Shown: piece by piece, positions 12,045-22,871 of the stretch | Numbering within the stretch: the first letter of the stretch is position 1 | How the letters are laid out: each line of letters begins with the position of its first letter | Assembly (NCBI RefSeq): GCF_044704955.1 | Contig: NC_092008.1 | Coordinates: forward strand, 2,604,001-2,668,000 | Source: Pristiophorus japonicus | Lineage: Eukaryota | Length of the DNA stretch: 64,000 nucleotides | Reading direction: 5' to 3' | Position numbers and translations under genes: made by a program | Notes under the pieces: model-generated | What the model saw: the letters and a program-made list of their open reading frames with translations, nothing else | Told to the model about the DNA's origin: nothing | Database searches by the model: none

Positions 12045-12748
12045 AGACCAAGGCCCTCAACGCTACCACCCAGCTCGCGGTCTACAGGGCTGTAGTGGTA
12101 CCCGCCCTCCTGTGTGGCTCAGAGACACGGACCGTGTACAGCGGACACCTCAAGTCGCTGGAGAAATACCACCAACGCTGTCTCCGCAAGATCCTGCAAA
12201 TCCCCCGGGAGGACAGACGCACCAACGTTAGCGTCCTCGACCAGGCCCAACATCCCCAGCATCGAAGCACTGACCACACTCGACCAGCTCCGCTGGGCGG
12301 GGCCACATTGTCCGTGTGCCCCCGACACGAGACTCCCCAAAGCGAGCACTCTACTCGGAACTCCTTCACGGGCAAGCGAGCCAAAGGCGGGCAGAGGAAA
12401 CGTTACAAGGGACCACCCTCAAAGCCTCCCTGATAAAAGTGCAACATCCCCCACCGACACCTGGGAGTCCCTGGCCAAAGACCAGTCCGCCCTGAGTGGA
12501 GGAAGTGCATCCGGGAGGGCGCTGAGCACCTCGAGTCTCGTCGCCGAGAGCGTGCGGAAACCAAGCGCAGGCAGCGGAAGGAGCGTGCGGCAAACCAGTC
12601 CCACCCTCCCCTTCCCTCAACCACTGTCTGTCCCACCTGTGACAGGGACTGTGGCTCCCGTATTGGACTGTTCAGCCACCTGAGAACTCATGTTTAGAGT
12701 GGAAGCGAGTCTTCCTCGATTCCGAGGGACTGCCTATGATGATGATGA
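12045..12748 (+). mobile_element. RTE LINE 3' fragment
   Basis: VYRAVVVPALLCGSET...CGSRIGLFSHLRTH; (gat)n tail; frameshifted. Confidence 0.88.
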
Positions 12749-12759
12749 GGGTCACCTCA

Positions 12760-13225
12760 GGCTCCAAAGCGACTCGCAGCCACTTTTTGAAGTGTTGCAA
12801 TGTGGGAGACGTCATTTTGCGCTCAGCAAGCTCCCACAAACAGCCAGGTGATAATGACCCAGATCCGCTGTGTCAGTGATGTTGGACGAGGGATAAATAT
12901 CGGCCCCCAGGACACCGGGGGAGAACTCACCTTCGAAATATGCCCGTGGGATCTTTTACGCCCACCAGAGCGCGCAGACGGGGCCTCGGTTTAACGTCAA
13001 TATTTATGCCTCAAGCAACATCGCTTAAAAAAAAAAACAGATGATCTGGGTCATTATCACATTGCTGTGTGTGGGAGCTTGCTGTGCGCAAATTGGCTGC
13101 CGCGTTTCCAACATTACAACAGCGACCGCACTCTTTTTAAAAAAAAAAACAACAGTTCATGGGCTGAGGCGCTTTGAGACGTCGAGGTGGTGAACGGTGC
13201 TATAGAAATGCAAGTCTGTCTTTTC
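12760..13225. mobile_element. Two DeuSINE-like 3' fragments in opposite orientation
   Basis: gcaagctcccaca...tgataatgacccagatc (about 12827) is the reverse complement of gatctgggtcattatcac...gggagcttgc (about 13043). Confidence 0.75.
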
Positions 13226-13269
13226 TATTTTTAAACACATCATGTGCACAGGAGAGAAGCTGCAAGGGG

Positions 13270-13431
13270 CAGAGTAGGGGGTGGGGGAGACGGAGAGAGG
13301 CGGGGGGGGGGGGGGAAACGGGAGACAGGACGGAGAGGGGTGACGGGACGAAGGGGGAGGGGGGGGGGGGGGAAGAGAAAAGTGAGGGGACGGGACGGGG
13401 GAGAGAGAGAGACGGGGGGGGGGGGTGGAGA

Positions 13432-13480
<49 letters not shown>

Positions 13481-15965
13481 GAGAGTGTGGGGGACGGGGA
13501 AAAAGGAGGGAGAGGGGAACGGGGGGGGGGGGGGAGGAGAGAGAAAGAGAGAGGGGGGGGGGAGGTGGAGGGAAGGGAGGGGACAGGGCGAGGGGGGGGA
13601 GGAGGGAGGGGACAAGGGCGGCGGAGGGGAGGGGGAGGGGAGAGAGAGAGAGAGAAAGGGGGGGAACGGAATGAGAGAGAAGGGGGGGGGGAACGGAATG
13701 AGAGAGAGAGAAAGGGGGAACGGAGAGAGAGAAAAAGGGGGGAACGGAGAGAAAAAGGGGGGAACGGAGAGAGAAAAAGGGGGAACGGAGAGAGAGAAAA
13801 AGGGGGGAACGGAGAGAGAGAAAAAGGGGCGAACGGAGAGAGAGAGAGAGAGAGAAAGGGGGGAACGGAGATAGAAAAGGGGGGGAACGGAGAGAGAGAA
13901 AAGGGGGGGGACGGAGAGAGAGAAAAAGGGGGGAACGGAGAGAGAGAAAAAGGGGGGAACGGAGAGAGAGAGAAAAAGGGGGGAACGGAGAGAGAGAAAA
14001 AAGGGGGGAACGGTGAGAGAAAAAGGGGGGAACGGAGAGAGAGAGAAAAAGGAGGGAACGGAGAGAGAGAAAAAGGGGGGAACGGAGAGAGAGAAAAAGG
14101 GGGGAACGGAGAGAGAGAAAAAGGGGGGGAACGGAGAGAGAGAAAAGGGGGGGGGGCGGAGAGAGAGAAAAAGGGGGGAAAGGAGAGAGAGAGAAAGGGG
14201 GAACGGAGAGAGAAAAAAAGGGGGGGACGGAGAGAGAGAAAAAGGGGGGGACAGAGAGAGAGAAAAAGGGGGGAACGGAGAGAGAGAAAAAGGGGGAACG
14301 GAGAGAGAGAGAAAGGGGGGAACGGAGAAAGAGAAAAAGGGGGGAACGGAGAGAGAAAAAGGGGGGAACGGAGAGAGAGAAAACGGAGGGGAACTGAGAG
14401 AGAGAGAGAAGGGAGGGGAACTGAGAGAGAGAGAGCGAGAAAGGGGGGAACGGAGAGGAGAGAGAAATGGGGGGGAAACGGGGAGAAAGAGAGAGAAAAT
14501 GGGGGAAGGGAGAGAGAGAGAGAGAGAAAGGGGGGGAATGGAGAGAGAGANNNNNNNNNNNNNNNNNNNNNNNNNNNNNNNNNNNNNNNNNNNNNNNNNN
14601 NNNNNNNNNNNNNNNNNNNNNNNNNNNNNNNNNNNNNNNNNNNNNNNNNNNNNNNNNNNNNNNNNNNNNNNNNNNNNNNNNNNNNNNNNNNNNNNNNNNN
14701 NNNNNNNNNNNNNNNNNNNNNNNNNNNNNNNNNNNNNNNNNNNNNNNNNNNNNNNNNNNNNNGGGAACGGAGATAGAGAGAGAGAGAAAGGGGGGAACAG
14801 AGAGAGAGAGAGAGAAAGGGGGGAACAGAGAGCGAGAGAGAAAGGGGGAACGGAGAGAGAGAGAGAAGGGGGGAAGGGAGAGAGAGAGAGAAGGGGGGGA
14901 ACGGAGAGAGAGAGAAAGGGGGGGAACAGAGAGCGAGAGAGAGAGAAGGGAGGGGAACGGAGCGAGAGAGAGAAGGGAGGGGAACGGAGAGAAAGAAAGG
15001 GGGGGGAGGTGGAGGGAAGGGAGGGGACAGGGCGAGGGGGGGGAGAGAGAGAGAGAGAGAGAGAAAGGGGGGGAACGGAATGAGAGAGAAGGAGGGGGAA
15101 ACGGAATGAGAGAGAAAGGGGGAACGGAGAGAGAGAGAGAAGGGGGGAACGGAGAGAGAGAGAGAGAGAAGGGGGGTAACGGAGAGAGAGAAAAAGGGGG
15201 GAACGGAGAAAGAAAAAGGNNNNNNNNNNNNNNNNNNNNNNNNNNNNNNNNNNNNNNNNNNNNNNNNNNNNNNNNNNNNNNNNNNNNNNNNNNNNNNNNN
15301 NNNNNNNNNNNNNNNNNNNNNNNNNNNNNNNNNNNNNNNNNNNNNNNNNNNNNNNNNNNNNNNNNNNNNNNNNNNNNNNNNNNNNNNNNNNNNNNNNNNN
15401 NNNNNNNNNNNNNNNNNNNGGGGGGGAGGGAGAGAGAGAGAGAGAGGGGGAGGGAGAGAGAGAGAGAGGGGGAGGGTGAGTGAGAGAAAGAGAGAGAGGG
15501 TGAGTGAGAGAGAGAGGGTGAGGGAGAGAGGGAGAGAGACACAGAGAGAGAGAGGAGGAGGGTGAGAGAGAGAGAAAGGTAGGGAGAGGGAGAGGGAGAG
15601 AGAGAGGCAGAGAGACAGAGGGGAAGGAAGAGAAAGAGGGAGAGGGAGAGAGAGAGTGGGGGAGGGACAGAGGGGGAGGGAGGTAGAGTGGGAGGGAGGG
15701 AGGCAGAGAGAGAGAGGCGGGAGGAAGAGAGAAAGATGGGAGGAAGAGAGGGAGCGAGAGAGACAGTGACAGAGAGAGAGAGAGACAGACAGACAGTGAG
15801 ACAGACAAAGACAGAGAAAGAGAATGAGAAAGACTGAGGGAGAATGAGACAGGGAGAAAAAATGACAAAGGAAAAAACGGACAGTGAAGGAGAGATGGAC
15901 AGCGAGGAGAGAGTGTGGAAGACAGAGAGAAGAGAGAGTGAGGGAGATAGAGAGAGGAGAGAAAG
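13270..15965. repeat. Polypurine (GA) satellite, unit about ggaacggagagagagaaaaagggg, containing gaps 14551-14762 and 15220-15419
   Basis: Seen directly. Confidence 0.9.
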
Positions 15966-15969
15966 GAAT

Positions 15970-17705
15970 GAAAAGCTTGGACAGAGGTAGGTTTTAAGGA
16001 GCATTTTAAAAGAGGCGGCGAGGTTCAGGGAGGGAGTTCCAGAGCTGCCAGATCCCAGGCAACAGCTGAAGGCACGGCCACCGATGGAGGAGCAATATGG
16101 GGGGGGATGTGCAAGAGGCCAGAGTCAGGAATGGAGAGTTTGGGAGAAGGGATTGGAGGAGGATCATTTGATGGGGAAGGGGGGCGAGGAGGGATTTGAA
16201 CACGGGGATGGAGAATTTTGAAATCGAGGTGTTGCTGGATCAGGAGCCAATGTCGGTCAGTGAGCACAGGGGGCAATGGGTGAGTGGGACTGGGTGTGAG
16301 TTAGGACACGGGGCAGTGAGCACAGGGGGTGATGGGTGAGTGGGACTGGGTGTGAGTTAGGACACGGGGTCAGTGAGCACAGGGGGTGATGGGTGAGTGG
16401 GACTGGGTGCGAGTTAGGACACGGGGTCAGTGAGCACAGGAGGTGATGGGTGAGTGGGACTCGGTGCGAGTTAGGACACGGGGTCAGTGAGCACAGGGGG
16501 TGATGGGTGAGTGGGACTCGGTGCGAGTTAGGACACGGGGCAGTGAGCACAGGGGGTGATGGTTGAGTGGGACTGGGTGCGAGTTAGGACACGGGGCAGC
16601 GAGCACAGGGGGTGATGGGTGAGTGGGACTGGGTGCGAGTTAGGACACGGGGTCAGTGAGCACAGGGGGTGATGGGTGAGTGGGACTCGGTGTGAGTTAG
16701 GACACGGGGCAGTGAGCACGGGGTGATGGGTGAGCGGGACTGGGGTGAGTTAGGACACGGGTCAGTGAGCACAGGGGGTGATGGGTGAGGGGACTGGGTG
16801 TGAGTTAGGACACGGGGCAGTGAGCACAGGGGGTGATGGGTGAGTGGGACTGGGTGTGAGTTAGGACACGGGGCAGCTGAGCACAGGGGGTGATGGGTGA
16901 GTGGGACTGGGTGTGAGTTAGGACACGGGGACAGTGAGCACACGGGGTGATGGGTGAGTGGGACTGGGTGTGAGTTAGGACACGGGGACAGTGAGCACAT
17001 GGGGTGATGGGTGAGCGGGACTGGGTGCGAGTTAGGACACGGGGCACAGGGGGTGATGGGTGAGTGGGACTGGGTGCGAGTTAGGACACTGGGCACAGGG
17101 GGTGATGGGTGAGCGGGACTCGGTGCGAGTTAGGACACGGGGTCAGTGAGCACAGGGGGTGATGGGTGAGCGGGACTCGGTGCGAGTTAGGACACGGGGT
17201 CAGTGAGCACAGGGGGTGATGGGTGAGCGGGACTGGGTGCGAGTTTGGACACGGGGTCAGTGAGCACAGGGGGTGATGGGTGAGCGGGACTCGGTGCGAG
17301 TTAGGACACGGGGTCAGTGAGCACAGGGGGTGATGGGTGAGCGGGACTCGGTGCGAGTTAGGACACGGGGTCAGTGAGCACAGGGGGTGATGGGTGAGTG
17401 GGACTGGGTGCGAGTTAGGACACGGGGTCAGTGAGCACAGGGGGTGATGGGTGAGCGGGACTCGGTGCGAGTTAGGACACGGGGCATAGGGGGTGATGGG
17501 TGAACGGGACTCGGTACGAGTTAGGACACGGGGGCAGCCGAGTTTGGGATGAGCTGAAGTTTATGGAGGGTGGGAGGCCCAGCGGGAGAGCACTGGAATT
17601 GTCGAGTGTGGAGGGGACAAGGGCAGGGACGAGGGATTCAGAATGGGGTGAAGCAGGGGCGATGTTACGGACGGGGAATCGAGTTGTCAGACGTTTGGCT
17701 GACAC
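15970..17705 (-). mobile_element. L2-clade LINE 3' fragment with internal 56-57-bp minisatellite (16258-17530, about 22 copies)
   Basis: Minus strand reads ..PRVLT.T....PITPVL..HWL.IQQHLDFKIL...LWNSLP; unit cagtgagcacagggggtgatgggtgagtgggactgggtgcgagttaggacacggggt. Confidence 0.82.
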
Positions 17706-17736
17706 GTGATGGGACTTCCCCTTTCTCCTCTCTGAG

Positions 17737-17848
17737 GGTGAACTTGAGGTGGATGACGGCGGCTGTTTTCCAGTTATCGGTTGTCAGGACCATTCTCTTC
17801 TTCGTCATGCTCGTGCTGTGGACCGACGAGAAGTACGACTACGGAGAT
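17737..17848 (+). CDS. SLC51A-like: Organic solute transporter alpha-like exon, 112 nt
   Basis: VNLRWMTAAVFQLSVVRTILFFVMLVLWTDEKYDYGD; pyrimidine tract plus gag acceptor, donor gtgagt. Confidence 0.82.
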
Positions 17849-17910
17849 GTGAGTAGCTCCAGCGAATCTCTCACAGTCACCACCCGCTCACAGATCGAGC
17901 TGGCTACTTC

Positions 17911-20052
17911 CTCCCAGGGCAGGTACAGCACGGGGTTAGATACAGAGTAAAGCTCCCTCTACACTGTCCCATCAAACACTCCCAGGGCAGGTACAGGGTG
18001 TTAGATACAGAGTAAAGCTCCCTCTACACTGTCCCATCAAACACTTCCAGGGCAGGTACAGCACGGGGTTAGATACAGAGTAAAGCTCCCTCTACACTGT
18101 CCCATCAAACACTCCCAGGGCAGGTACAGCACGGGGTTAGATACAGAGTAAAGCTCCCTCTACACTGTCCCATCAAACACTCCCAGGGCAGGTACAGCAC
18201 GGGGTTAGATATAGAGTAAAGCTCCCTCTGCACTGTCCCATCAAACATTCCCAGGGCAGGTACAGCACGGGGTTAGATACAGAGTAAAGCTCCCTCTACA
18301 CTGTCCCCATCAAACACTCCCAGGGCAGGTACAGGATGTTAGATACAGAGTAAAGCTCCCTCAACACTGTCCCATCAAACACTCCCAGGGCAGGTACAGC
18401 ACGGGGTTAGATACAGAGTAAAGCTCCCTCTACACTGTCCCCATCAAACACTCCCAGGGCAGGTACAGGGTGTTAGATACAGAGTAAAGCTCCCTCTACA
18501 CTGTCCCATCAAACACTTCCAGGGCAGGTACAGCATGGGGTTAGATACAGAGTAAAGCTCCCTCGACACTGTCCCATCAAACACTCCCAGGGCAGGTACA
18601 GCACGGGGTTAGATACAGAGTAAAGCTCCCTCTGCACTGTCCCATCAAACACTCCCAGGGCAGGTACAGCACGGGGTTAGATATAGAGTAAAGCTCCCTC
18701 TGCACTGTCCCATCAAACATTCCCAGGGCAGGTACAGCACGGGGTTAGATACAGAGTAAAGCTCCCTCTACACTGTCCCATCAAACACTCCCAGGGCAGG
18801 TACAGCACGGGGTTAGATACAGAGTAAAGCTGTCTCTGCACTGTCCCATCAAACACTCCCGGGGCAGGTACAGCACGGGGTTAGATACAGAGTAATGCTC
18901 CCTCTACACTGTCCCATCAAACACTCCCAGGGCAGGTACAGGGGGTTAGATACAGAGTAAAGCTCCCTCTACACTGTCCCATCAAACACTCCCAGGGCAG
19001 GTACAGCACGGGGTTAGATACAGAGTAAAGCTGTCTCTGCACTGTCCCATCAAACACTCCCAGGGCAGGTACAGCACGGGGTTAGATACAGAGTAAAGCT
19101 CCCTCTACACTGTCCCCATCAAACACTCCCAGGGCAGGTACAGGGGGTTAGATACAGAGTAAAGCTCCCTCTACACTGTCCACATCAAACACTCCCAGGG
19201 CAGGTACAGGGGGTTAGATACAGAGTAAAGCTCCCTCTACACTGTCCCATCAAATACTCCCAGGCCAGGTACAGGGGGTTAGATACAGAGTAAAGCTCCC
19301 TTTACACTGTCCCATCAAACACTCCCAGGACAGGTGCAGGGGGTTAGATACAGAGTAAAGCTCCCTCTACACTGTCCCATCAAACACTCCCAGGGCAGGT
19401 ACAGGGGGTTAGATACAGAGTAAAGCTCCCTCTACACTGTCCCATCAAACACTCCCAGGGCAGGTACAGGGGGTTAGATACAGAGTAAAGCTCCCTCTAC
19501 ACTGTCCCCATCAAACACTCTCAGGGCAGGTACAGGGGGTTAGATACAGAGTAAAGCTCCCTCTGCACTGTCCCATCAAACACTCCCAGGGCAGGTACAG
19601 CACGGGGTTAGATACAGAGTAAAGCTGTCTCTGCACTGTCCCATCAAACACTCCCAGGGCAGGTACAGGGGGTTAGATACAGAGTAAAGCTCCCTCGACA
19701 CTGTCCCATCAAACACTCCCAGGGCAGGCACAGGGGGTTAGATACAGAGTAAAGCTCCCTCTACACTGTCCCATCAAACACTCCCAGGGCAGGTACAGGG
19801 GGTTAGATACAGAGTAAAGCTCCCTCTACACTGTCCCATCAAATACTCCCAGGCCAGGTACAGGGGGTTAGATACAGAGTTAAGCTCCCTTTACACTGTC
19901 CCATCAAACACTCCCAGGACAGGTGCAGGGGGTTAGATACAGAGTAAAGCTCCCTCTACACTGTCCCATCAAACACTCCCAGGGCAGGTACAGGGGGTTA
20001 GATACAGAGTAAAGCTCCCTCTACACTGTCCCATCAAACACTCCCAGGGCAG
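17911..20052. repeat. 66-68-bp minisatellite, about 32 copies
   Basis: Unit cccagggcaggtacagcacggggttagatacagagtaaagctccctctacactgtcccatcaaacact; period 68 (17913, 17981). Confidence 0.95.
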
Positions 20053-20059
20053 GGCCAAA

Positions 20060-21210
20060 GAGGAGGAATACTTTCTGCTGCTGAAAACCTCACCTGTTTG
20101 ACCCTGAAATGAGCTCCCGGCCACATATCCCGCAGCATAACTAAACCCGCCTGTTTCCCCCTCCGTAACCTCGCCCGTCTCCGCCCCCTGCCTCACGTTT
20201 GTTACCTCCAGACTTGACTATTATAACGCACTGCGCTCCTGGCCGGCCTCCCACATTCTACCCGACGTAAACTAGAGGTGATCCAAAACTCAGCTGCCAC
20301 CGTGTCCTAACTCGCACCGAGTCCCACTCACCCATCACCCCCTGTGCTCACTGACCCCGTGTCCTAACTCGCACCGAGTCCCACTCACCCATCACCATCT
20401 GTGCTCACTGCCCCCGTGTCCTAACTCGCACCCAGTCCCACTCACCCATCACCCCCTGTGCTCACTGCCCCGTGTCCGAACTCGCACCGAGTCCCGCTCA
20501 CCCATCACCCCCTGTGCTCACTGCCCCGTGTCCGAACTTGCACCGAGTCCCGCTCACCCATCACCCCCTGTGCTCGCTGCCACCGTGTCCTAACTCGCAT
20601 CGAGTCCCACTCACCCATCACCCCCTGTGCTCGCTGACCCCGTGTCCTAACTCGCACCGAATCTCGCTCACCCATCACCCCCTGTGCTCGCTGACCCGTG
20701 TCATAACTCGCACCGAGTCCCGCTCACCCATCACCCCCTGTGCTCACTGAGCTACATTGGCTCCCGGTGCAGCAACACCTCGATTTCAAAATTCTCATCC
20801 TTGTTTTCAAATTCCTCCATGGCCCTCGCACTCTCCCTATCTCTGTAACCTCCTCCAGCCCCTACTCACCTCCCTATCTCTGTAACCCCCTCCAGCCCTT
20901 ACGCCCCTCCCTATCTCTGTAACCCCTCCAGCCCCACAACCCCCCGAGATCTCTGCACTACTCTGATTCTTCCCTCCTGACCATCCTTGACTATAATCGC
21001 TCCACCATCGGTGGCCGTGCCTTCTGTTGCCTGGGCCCCAAGCTCTGGAACTCCCTCCCTAAACCTCTCTGCCTCTCTCTCCTCCTTCAAGACGCTCCTT
21101 AAAACCGACCTCTTTGGTCATCTGCACTAATTTCTATTTACGCTGCTCGATGTCGAATTTCTATCTCATAACATTACTGCGAAGCCCCTTGGGATGTTTC
21201 ACCATGTTAA
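20060..21210 (+). mobile_element. L2 LINE 3' fragment with 57-bp minisatellite (about 20300-20750); tail resumes at 22541-22580
   Basis: FVTSRLDYYN, IQNSAA, LHWLPVQQHLDFKILILVFK, LWNSLP motifs. Confidence 0.85.
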
Positions 21211-22540
21211 TGCTTGAACTGTATAAAACACAGAGTAGGCCGCAGCTGGAGTACTGCGTGCAGTTCTGGTCACCGCATTACAGGAAGGATGTGATTGCAC
21301 TGGAGAGGGTACAGAGGAGATTTACCAGGATGTTGCACTGGAGAGGGTACAGAGGAGATTTACCAGGATGTTGCACTAGAGAGGGTACAGAGGAGATTTA
21401 CCAGGATGTTGCACTGGAGAGGGTACAGAGGAGATTTACCAGGATGTTGCACTAGAGAGGGTACAGAGGAGATTTACCAGGATGTTGCACGAGAGAGGGT
21501 ACAGAGGAGATTTACCAGGATGTTGCACTGGAGAGGGTACAGAGGAGATTTACCAGGATGTTGCACTGGAGAGGGTACAGAGGAGATTTACCAGGATGTT
21601 GCACTAGAGAGGGTACAGAGGAGATTTACCAGGATGTTGCACTGGAGAGGGTACAGAGATTTACCAGGATGTTGCACTGGAGAGGGTACAGAGGAGATTT
21701 ACCAGGATGTTGCACTAGAGAGGGTACAGAGGAGATTTACCAGGATGTTGCACTAGAGAGGGTACAGAGGAGATTTACCAGGATGTTGCACTGGAGAGGG
21801 TAGAGAGGAGATTTACCAGGATGTTGCACTGGAGAGGGTACAGAGGAGATTTACCAGGATGTTGCACAAGAGAGGGTACAGAGGAGATTTACCAGGATGT
21901 TGCACTAGAGAGGGTGCAGAGGAGATTTACCAGGATGTTGCACTGGAGAGGGTACAGAGGAGATTTATCAGGATGTTGCACTGGAGAGGGTACAGAGGAG
22001 ATTTACCAGGATGTTGCACTAGAGAGGGTACAGAGGAGATTTACCAGGATGTTGCACTAGAGAGGGTACAGAGGAGATTTACCAGGATGTTGCCGGGACT
22101 GGAGAATTTTAGCGATGAGGAAAGATTGGAGAGGCTGGGGTTGTTTTCCTTGGAACAGAGGAGGCTGAGGGGAAATTTAATTGAGGTGTGAGAGGCCTGG
22201 ATAGAGTGGATAGGACGGACCTGTTTCCCTTGGCAGAGGGATCAACAACCAGGGGGCAGAGATTGAAAGTAATTGGGGGGAGGTTTCGAGGGGGTTTGAG
22301 GGGAAATGTCTTCACCCAGAGGGTGGTGGGGGTCTGGGGGGGAACTCGCTGCCTGAAAGGGGGGTAGAGGCAGAAACCCTCACCACATTTGGACGTGCGC
22401 TCGAAGTGCTGTAACCCACAGGGCTACGGACCCAGAGCGGGAAAGTGGGATTAGGCCGGGATGGCTCTTGGTCGGCCGGCGCAACGTGGACACGATGGGC
22501 TGGAATGGCCTCCTCCCACGCTGTAAACTTCTCTGATTCT
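21211..22540 (+). mobile_element. CR1 3' fragment nested in L2, with 38-bp minisatellite (21296-22090, about 21 copies)
   Basis: [33 protein letters not shown]; unit gagagggtacagaggagatttaccaggatgttgcactg. Confidence 0.9.
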
Positions 22541-22585
22541 ATGTTGAAGGCGCTATATAAATGCAAGGTATTCTTGTTGTTCCAG

Positions 22586-22838
22586 GTTGACTTCCTCAAC
22601 CCCAACTCCTACGTGAACATCATCATCGGTGCCTCCACCTTCCTCTCGTTCTACGGCTACCTGCTCTTCTACAAGGCCACAAAGTCCTCGCTCCAAGGCT
22701 ACGGGCTCCAGGGCAAGTTTGTCTGCATCACCGTGGTGCTGGTGCTGTTCGGCCTGCAGAGTGGCATCCTGGAGACCATGGGGGCGCTGGGCGCTATCCC
22801 CTGCCTCCCGCCCTTCTCCATCAACATGCGCTCTCAGA
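22586..22838 (+). CDS. SLC51A-like: Organic solute transporter alpha-like exon, 253 nt
   Basis: VDFLNPNSYVNIIIGASTFLSFYGYLLFYKATKSSLQGYGLQGKFVCITVVLVLFGLQSGILETMGALGAIPCLPPFSINMRSQ; ttccag / gtaagt; phase 0/1. Confidence 0.9.
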
Positions 22839-22871
22839 GTAAGTCCGGCCAGCGATGGCGGGGTATTGGGT

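Noticed and set aside
13157-16004. ORFs over 900 aa rich in S/L/P/F or E/R/G
   Set aside because: Translations of GA satellite spanning gaps
17911-20052. CRISPR-like regular array
   Set aside because: Units are contiguous with no unique spacers, no cas genes, vertebrate context; the same applies to the other arrays
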